Virus record (IMG/VR): IMGVR_UViG_3300004154_000012
Reading direction: 5' to 3' (one strand)
Origin: a virus
DNA: 64,000 nt
The translations under genes were made by a program, and so were the position numbers. Under the pieces are notes generated by a model. That model saw only the letters and a program-made list of their open reading frames with translations. It did no database searches and was not told where the DNA came from. Below are positions 59,402-64,000 of the stretch, in pieces; the first letter of the stretch is position 1; each line of letters opens with the position of its first letter.

Positions 59402-60813
59402 GTATAAGGCCCTCTGCGTCCTTCGTCCCAATAGGGATTGGAGGTGTGCTTGGCGCGCGCCAGGAAGCCGGTGCCGCGCTCGATCGTGATGTCGCTCGTC
59501 CAGGTGCGCAGCGCCGCAATGGTGTGCGTCACGCGCGTCACATAGCCTTCGGCCGTCAGCCCGCCGCGCTCCAGCCGCAGATACCGGCCGGGCCGCAAAT
59601 CCTCGCTTCCCTTCACCGTCGCCATGACATCTTCCAAGACGCTGTTGTCGCGGTTCATGGCCTTGAGCTGCTGTCCGCGGGTGATGTGCCACTGGACATA
59701 TTTCTCGCCCATGCTGGGCCGCAGGGCAGGCGCCGCCGCGGTCAGAGGAATCGGAATGTCCGGCACCAACCGAGACGGCACTTCCATCTTCTTGATCCCG
59801 TACAGGTCCTCGCGGCTGTTCGGGTGCGTCAAATCGAGTTGCATCCCCTCCCGAAGGGATTGCCGGTTGAGCCAAGCGTTGGTGTCGAGGGAAGATGACC
59901 CTGGCGGCACCCAATACCAGTTGGCCACCCGTCCGTCCGTCCGGCTGGCCGACCAAGTGACCACATCGTCATCGGTGAGGGTGACGCTGCCTGGATCCTT
60001 AGCCCCCGGCATGATGAGCTTGCCGTAGAGGTCCTTGTACGGGGCAGGACGGAAGCGCACGACCGGCCCGTCCTCCTCATCCTCGACATACAGCTCGTTC
60101 CAGGGGCGGTCGGCATAGGTCTCCATCAGCCGCCACACCGGCCCATTCATAGGCGCGATCATGCCGGGGGTGAGAGAGCCGTCCGTTACCGAAGCATCCA
60201 CCCTGAACCCTTTCGCCACCTTCCCGGACACCGCAAACAGGCCGCGGACCTTCGGATTTGCCACCTCCTTGATGACCGATTCCATGAACTCCCCGATCCG
60301 CATGACCTTGACGGCCATGCCTGTCGTGGTCTGGAGCATGAACTGGCTCAGGAACGGCTGGTCGGTCAGCCACGCCATTTCGAAGAAGATTTGGTTGATC
60401 TGGAGGAGCTTCCCCGAATCTTGACCCGAGATGACAACGGTCCGTTGAGGTTCGCCATTTGCGCCCATGGATTCGGCGCGATGCACGGTCGAGACGAACC
60501 CGCGCATGATGAGTGGGAGCTTGTCCGCGTTGGTCGGCGCCCGGGCCGCCCGGATTTCGACCATGTCCATCGGCTCCGCCAGCGCGTAGAGCGTGTCGAA
60601 CCCATCGCGCGACCCGTCTGCGAAACTGATGCTGAACGCCCCAGCCGGATCCGCGAGGCCCTTGACGGTGCGCACCGCTCCGCCGTCGCCCAGGTATGGC
60701 GTCAAGTCGATGTCGCGCGCGGCCGCAGCGTGCCGCTCGGCGACACCGTCTCGTCTGGCAACCAGCTTGATCAGCCGGATCTGGAACTGGGGGGTATAGG
60801 TCCGAACCGTCAC
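59398..60813 (-). CDS. baseplate hub / tail tip protein (by position)
   Basis: GTG 60813 overlaps the tape-measure TGA (GCGTGACGG). 471 aa between the tape measure and the spike. Confidence 0.5.
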   Translation of the reverse strand: MTVRTYTPQFQIRLIKLVARRDGVAERHAAAARDIDLTPYLGDGGAVRTVKGLADPAGAFSISFADGSRDGFDTLYALAEPMDMVEIRAARAPTNADKLPLIMRGFVSTVHRAESMGANGEPQRTVVISGQDSGKLLQINQIFFEMAWLTDQPFLSQFMLQTTTGMAVKVMRIGEFMESVIKEVANPKVRGLFAVSGKVAKGFRVDASVTDGSLTPGMIAPMNGPVWRLMETYADRPWNELYVEDEEDGPVVRFRPAPYKDLYGKLIMPGAKDPGSVTLTDDDVVTWSASRTDGRVANWYWVPPGSSSLDTNAWLNRQSLREGMQLDLTHPNSREDLYGIKKMEVPSRLVPDIPIPLTAAAPALRPSMGEKYVQWHITRGQQLKAMNRDNSVLEDVMATVKGSEDLRPGRYLRLERGGLTAEGYVTRVTHTIAALRTWTSDITIERGTGFLARAKHTSNPYWDEGRRGPYT

Positions 60814-63548
60814 GCAAGCCCCCACGGCCGTGGCGCTCCGACCTGAGTAACCGGCAGGTGTTCGACGCTCTCCACCGTGCCGTCCTGCCCCTCCCGCACA
60901 ACGCGCAACGGGTCGATCCGAAAGGAGAGGCTCGTGCTCCCAACGGCGGTCGGCGATGCCCCACCTGGAGCGGGGGTTCCCGTTGGCGGCCCTTCCATGC
61001 GCGGGATCATCGGTGTCTGTCCGCCGTCCTGCTGCGGCAGCAGCATGGGAGCCGTTACGGGCGCGCCAGCGCTCGGTTGGTACGGGAATCCGAACTTCGC
61101 CCCAAAGAGCCGCTTCCACTGGCCGACGTTCATCCCCTTGAGGTACGGATTTGCTGTGACGGCATCCTCGGATAGAACGTTTTCCATCAACTCCGTGTCG
61201 CCGGCTTGCATGACCTTTGGCCCGCCCCCGGCGCCGAAATGCCAGCCTGCATAGAGCGACAGCGGCGTCACATCGACTCCAGCCCCCTTCAAACTGGGGA
61301 CCAAGTCCTTGTTGATGTGCAGGGACGCCATGTCCCGGCTGAATTCCTTGTTGAAGCGCAAGGCCAGAATCTCGTCTTCGGTCATGCCCGCGACGCGGTC
61401 GCCTGCATGCTTCCGGACGGTGTTCAGCCATGTTCCTTTCGTGAATTGGTGCCACCCGCGGGCGCTGCTGCCCGGCGCGACCATTGCCGCACCGTTCGCG
61501 CTCTCGACCCGCTCCAGAGCGAGCAGATAATCGACGCTGGCCGTCTGTTCGGAGGAGAGAGAACCGGGTGCGGGCGCCGGTCCGACAGTCGGATCGGGCG
61601 CGCCAGGTGCTCGCGGAGGCGTTGGAGGAATTGCGTTGGGATTCACTGCCGCCGGCGGGGGGGGCGGGGTGAAGGGAAGCACGGAACCGGGGCCGGTCGG
61701 AGGCACGAGTTGGGCCGAGCCGGGCGTGCTGAAACGCGTGTTCCAGGCTCCCACCATGCTGCTGATGCCATCGGCCAGTTGCCGAATGTCGTTGCGCAGC
61801 GGTAGGAGCTGTTCACCGACGCTGGTCAGCGCATTGGTCAGCGCCGCAGTGGCATCAATCGTCTTCTGCCCCTCTGTCTTTTCCAGACCGTATTGCGCCA
61901 GAAGGCGGACCATCTCCTCGCGCAGCCCATCCCCGCTCAACCCGATCAGTTTGGCCGCATCCGTCTCTGCGACGTCCTTGCGGCCCATGATCCTCTGGCG
62001 CCAATCGTCCAGTCCGGCATCGTCCGCATGCGAGACTGCGGCGATGTCGTTGATGGCGCCGGCATTGACGGTGGACAGCGACAGGCCAGCGCGCCCCAGC
62101 ACACGCTCCACCTGCCCGATTTCGCCATAGTGCATCTGGTCCAGCGCGGCTGCCTGCCGCATGTTGATGCCCATCTGGAGCGACATCGCGTTCCAGCGCC
62201 GGTACGGATCGTCCTTGTTTTCCTCTGCGGTGCCGAACATGCGGTTGACCTGTTCCCGCATGATCTCGAAGTTCGTGGCATCGTCCGCCACGCCGACGTC
62301 GCGCGGCTTACCGAAGGCGCCGCCTTCCAGAAGGTACTGGAGCTTGTAGGGATCGGTCACACCGTGCCGGGCGAAGGCGTTCATGGTGACGTATTTCGAC
62401 GCTTCGCCGAAAGCGCCGCCCTGCGTTACAGCCGCGTTGATGCGGTTGATCAGCTCTTCCGCCCCGCCCCCCTTCAGCCCAGGCAGGCCGGTGGCGTTCA
62501 AACCGGCGTACATCGCGGCGAAGCTCTCGGCTCCCGTGCCGGTGACGGCGCTGCGGCTCATGTGCTCAGACCAGCGCAGCACCGCCTGCATGGTCTCCTG
62601 CACCTGCCCGGTCATCCCGCCGCTCTGCGCCGCATCCGCGATCATCGCGGCGAACCGCTTGGGGTCTTCGCCAAGGAAAGCGGCCCGGCCCATACCCTGG
62701 ACGACAGCCGACGGATCGAGGCCGTAGCCACGGGCAAAACCGGCGCCGAACCGCACCTGATCCTGGATGTTGCCGGCACGCGTCTCGTTGGTCAGGTTGG
62801 CCCAGGCGAGGCTGAGGCGCTGCGCCTCTTGATAGGTCAGCCCCAGACCGTCCGTGGTCTTTCGCACTGACAACAACAGCTTGTCGAAGTCGGTGGAGCC
62901 GTCCCGCAATGTGCGATACAGCCCGTCGTTCGCCCTGCTCTCCTCCGACGCGTTCTCCATGGCCGTCGAGAACGCGGAGCCGATGGCCTGGAGCCCGCCG
63001 ATCAGCATCATGTAAGGCATGGCGCCGCGGCCAAGAGACATGGCCGCAGACATCATTCCTCCGCCGTTGGAGCCGCCGCCCGGGGTTCCTCCCCCCCCAG
63101 GACCGCCTCCACCGGGCGTTCCGCCGCCCGGCTCTCCTCCTCCGGGCCCCCCACCTCCACCCGGAGCGCCACCGCCAGGAGCTGGCGGCGGAGGAGGGGC
63201 ATAGCGTGACCCCTGGAGGATGTACCGACCGGCGGTTCGGAAGTGCCGAACGCGGTCCCCTTCATCTGGGAAAGCCTGCGCGTGCTGGTCATACCAGCCC
63301 AGCCAATCATTGGCGCCGATTCCGCGCACGGCTGCCGCCGTCTGGCCACGGCCCATGCGTTGCAAACTCTCATAATTCGTCTGCAACCGCTTCAGATCCT
63401 CCGAAACCGCCTTTAGTTCCGGATGCGACAGGTCGAGGTCTGCAAAGGCCTTGCCTTCTTGCCCAGCACGGCGCAGAGCAGTGCGGATTTGCTCGAAGGC
63501 GCTGGTGACGCTGGAAGCGTCAGCGGAAATCGGTATACGGACGGACAC
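60810..63548 (-). CDS. tape measure protein with lytic transglycosylase-like domain
   Basis: 912 aa. Gly/Pro low-complexity run near the N-terminus, long helical middle, and ALERVESANG...SARGWHQFTKGTW (SLT-like catalytic Glu) near the C-terminus. Confidence 0.75.
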   Translation of the reverse strand: MSVRIPISADASSVTSAFEQIRTALRRAGQEGKAFADLDLSHPELKAVSEDLKRLQTNYESLQRMGRGQTAAAVRGIGANDWLGWYDQHAQAFPDEGDRVRHFRTAGRYILQGSRYAPPPPPAPGGGAPGGGGGPGGGEPGGGTPGGGGPGGGGTPGGGSNGGGMMSAAMSLGRGAMPYMMLIGGLQAIGSAFSTAMENASEESRANDGLYRTLRDGSTDFDKLLLSVRKTTDGLGLTYQEAQRLSLAWANLTNETRAGNIQDQVRFGAGFARGYGLDPSAVVQGMGRAAFLGEDPKRFAAMIADAAQSGGMTGQVQETMQAVLRWSEHMSRSAVTGTGAESFAAMYAGLNATGLPGLKGGGAEELINRINAAVTQGGAFGEASKYVTMNAFARHGVTDPYKLQYLLEGGAFGKPRDVGVADDATNFEIMREQVNRMFGTAEENKDDPYRRWNAMSLQMGINMRQAAALDQMHYGEIGQVERVLGRAGLSLSTVNAGAINDIAAVSHADDAGLDDWRQRIMGRKDVAETDAAKLIGLSGDGLREEMVRLLAQYGLEKTEGQKTIDATAALTNALTSVGEQLLPLRNDIRQLADGISSMVGAWNTRFSTPGSAQLVPPTGPGSVLPFTPPPPPAAVNPNAIPPTPPRAPGAPDPTVGPAPAPGSLSSEQTASVDYLLALERVESANGAAMVAPGSSARGWHQFTKGTWLNTVRKHAGDRVAGMTEDEILALRFNKEFSRDMASLHINKDLVPSLKGAGVDVTPLSLYAGWHFGAGGGPKVMQAGDTELMENVLSEDAVTANPYLKGMNVGQWKRLFGAKFGFPYQPSAGAPVTAPMLLPQQDGGQTPMIPRMEGPPTGTPAPGGASPTAVGSTSLSFRIDPLRVVREGQDGTVESVEHLPVTQVGAPRPWGLA

Positions 63549-63589
63549 GGCTTTGGCCCATGCGGTGAGGCTGCATGGGCCAGCATGCC

Positions 63590-63597
63590 GTCACGAC
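63590..63597 (-). promoter_or_regulatory. GTCGTGAC junction motif copy
   Basis: 41 nt upstream of tape-measure GTG 63548. A 9-bp hairpin (GGCCCATGC...GCATGGGCC) fills the spacer. Confidence 0.6.
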
Positions 63598-63611
63598 GAC
63601 GGGCAGGCCGA

Positions 63612-63938
63612 TCATTCGTAAGTTTCGTCCGCCACCTCCTGCCATTCGGTGGGATCATCGGACGCGCTTGCCGCAGCATCCATCTCCGCAAACTCTGCGT
63701 CGAAGTCTGGATTGATCGCCTCGTCTCTTAGCTTTGGATCATCACAGAACCGATGTGCCCACCAGTCAACCAGCATTTCATCGGTGCCCGTGTCCAGGAA
63801 GCGAGGGTCGCTTGGAGAGAGGTTGTACCGCCGTCGGAACAGGAACTCTACGGTTCCACTTAGTTCCAATCCCCAAGCCCGCGCGTTACGGCTTAGCTGC
63901 GCGGCGAAAGGTCTCCTCCTCGCCGAGGAGCCTCCCAT
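63612..63938 (-). CDS. hypothetical acidic protein, possible tail assembly chaperone (by position)
   Basis: 108-aa ORF directly upstream of the tape measure, with an acidic C-terminus. The start may lie further upstream. Confidence 0.4.
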   Translation of the reverse strand: MGGSSARRRPFAAQLSRNARAWGLELSGTVEFLFRRRYNLSPSDPRFLDTGTDEMLVDWWAHRFCDDPKLRDEAINPDFDAEFAEMDAAASASDDPTEWQEVADETYE

Positions 63939-64000
63939 GAACCTTGTAGAGGGTGGCGACGTCGTCGGCGTCGAGCGGGTCGAGCGTTTCGACGTTCCAA

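Noticed and set aside
63019-63204. A plus-strand poly-Pro/Gly ORF, and the C8/G8 runs inside the tape-measure gene, as independent features.
   Set aside because: They are the antisense and homopolymer consequences of the Gly/Pro low-complexity segment of the tape-measure protein.
6996-63597. Reading the GTG inside GTCGTGAC as the real start codon, or the CGTC as an ECF-sigma -10 element.
   Set aside because: The internal GTG is out of frame with the downstream gene at most junctions (for example 7750, 12494, 46604). I also found no shared -35-like element (GGAAC type) at a fixed distance upstream across copies.
6996-63597. Similarity of GTCGTGAC to the conserved 16S rRNA 3'-region sequence GTCGTAAC.
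   Set aside because: The similarity is same-sense, not complementary, so it offers no base-pairing rationale. I treat it as coincidence.

Overview
GC-rich 64-kb window that reads as most of a temperate tailed phage which is also a plasmid (a phage-plasmid). Nearly all lytic genes are on the minus strand. Layout, by coordinate: (i) 285-16581, a packaging/head-accessory operon: metallopeptidase, terS, terL, portal, a zeta-kinase-domain protein, a MuF-like protein, a PPase-like protein and a 2126-aa methyltransferase-helicase. (ii) 16685-18824, lysis: 3TM holin, muramidase, polytopic membrane protein. (iii) 18988-19608, a short tyrosine recombinase beside a candidate core site. (iv) 19598-40802, a long leftward early operon with three further DNA methyltransferases (MT-A70, C5, beta-class N4/N6), a PAPS-reductase-like enzyme, RusA, DUF5131/DUF1643/DUF4326-like genes and regulators. 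(v) 40803-43134, an immunity region with divergent Cro-like and CI-like genes plus a downstream moron. (vi) 43135-45742, a plasmid module: iteron oriV, repA, parA and an RHH partner. (vii) 46175-63938, tail fibres, baseplate, spike, hub and tape measure. I found no major capsid, sheath or tube gene, and no tRNA, rRNA or CRISPR; the missing structural genes presumably lie outside the window. The signals most worth a second look: (1) a strictly strand-specific octamer, GTCGTGAC, at lytic-gene junctions, spaced either exactly 14 nt or about 40 nt from the start codon. (2) A dispersed, promoter-proximal 16-bp element, GCTACCTACCTAGCTA. (3) A Dar-like cluster of large head-associated effector proteins. 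(4) A C5-methyltransferase locus where two ORFs of more than 1.6 kb overlap in different frames and both look protein-like. All domain calls rest on motifs I read in the translations; no database search was possible.
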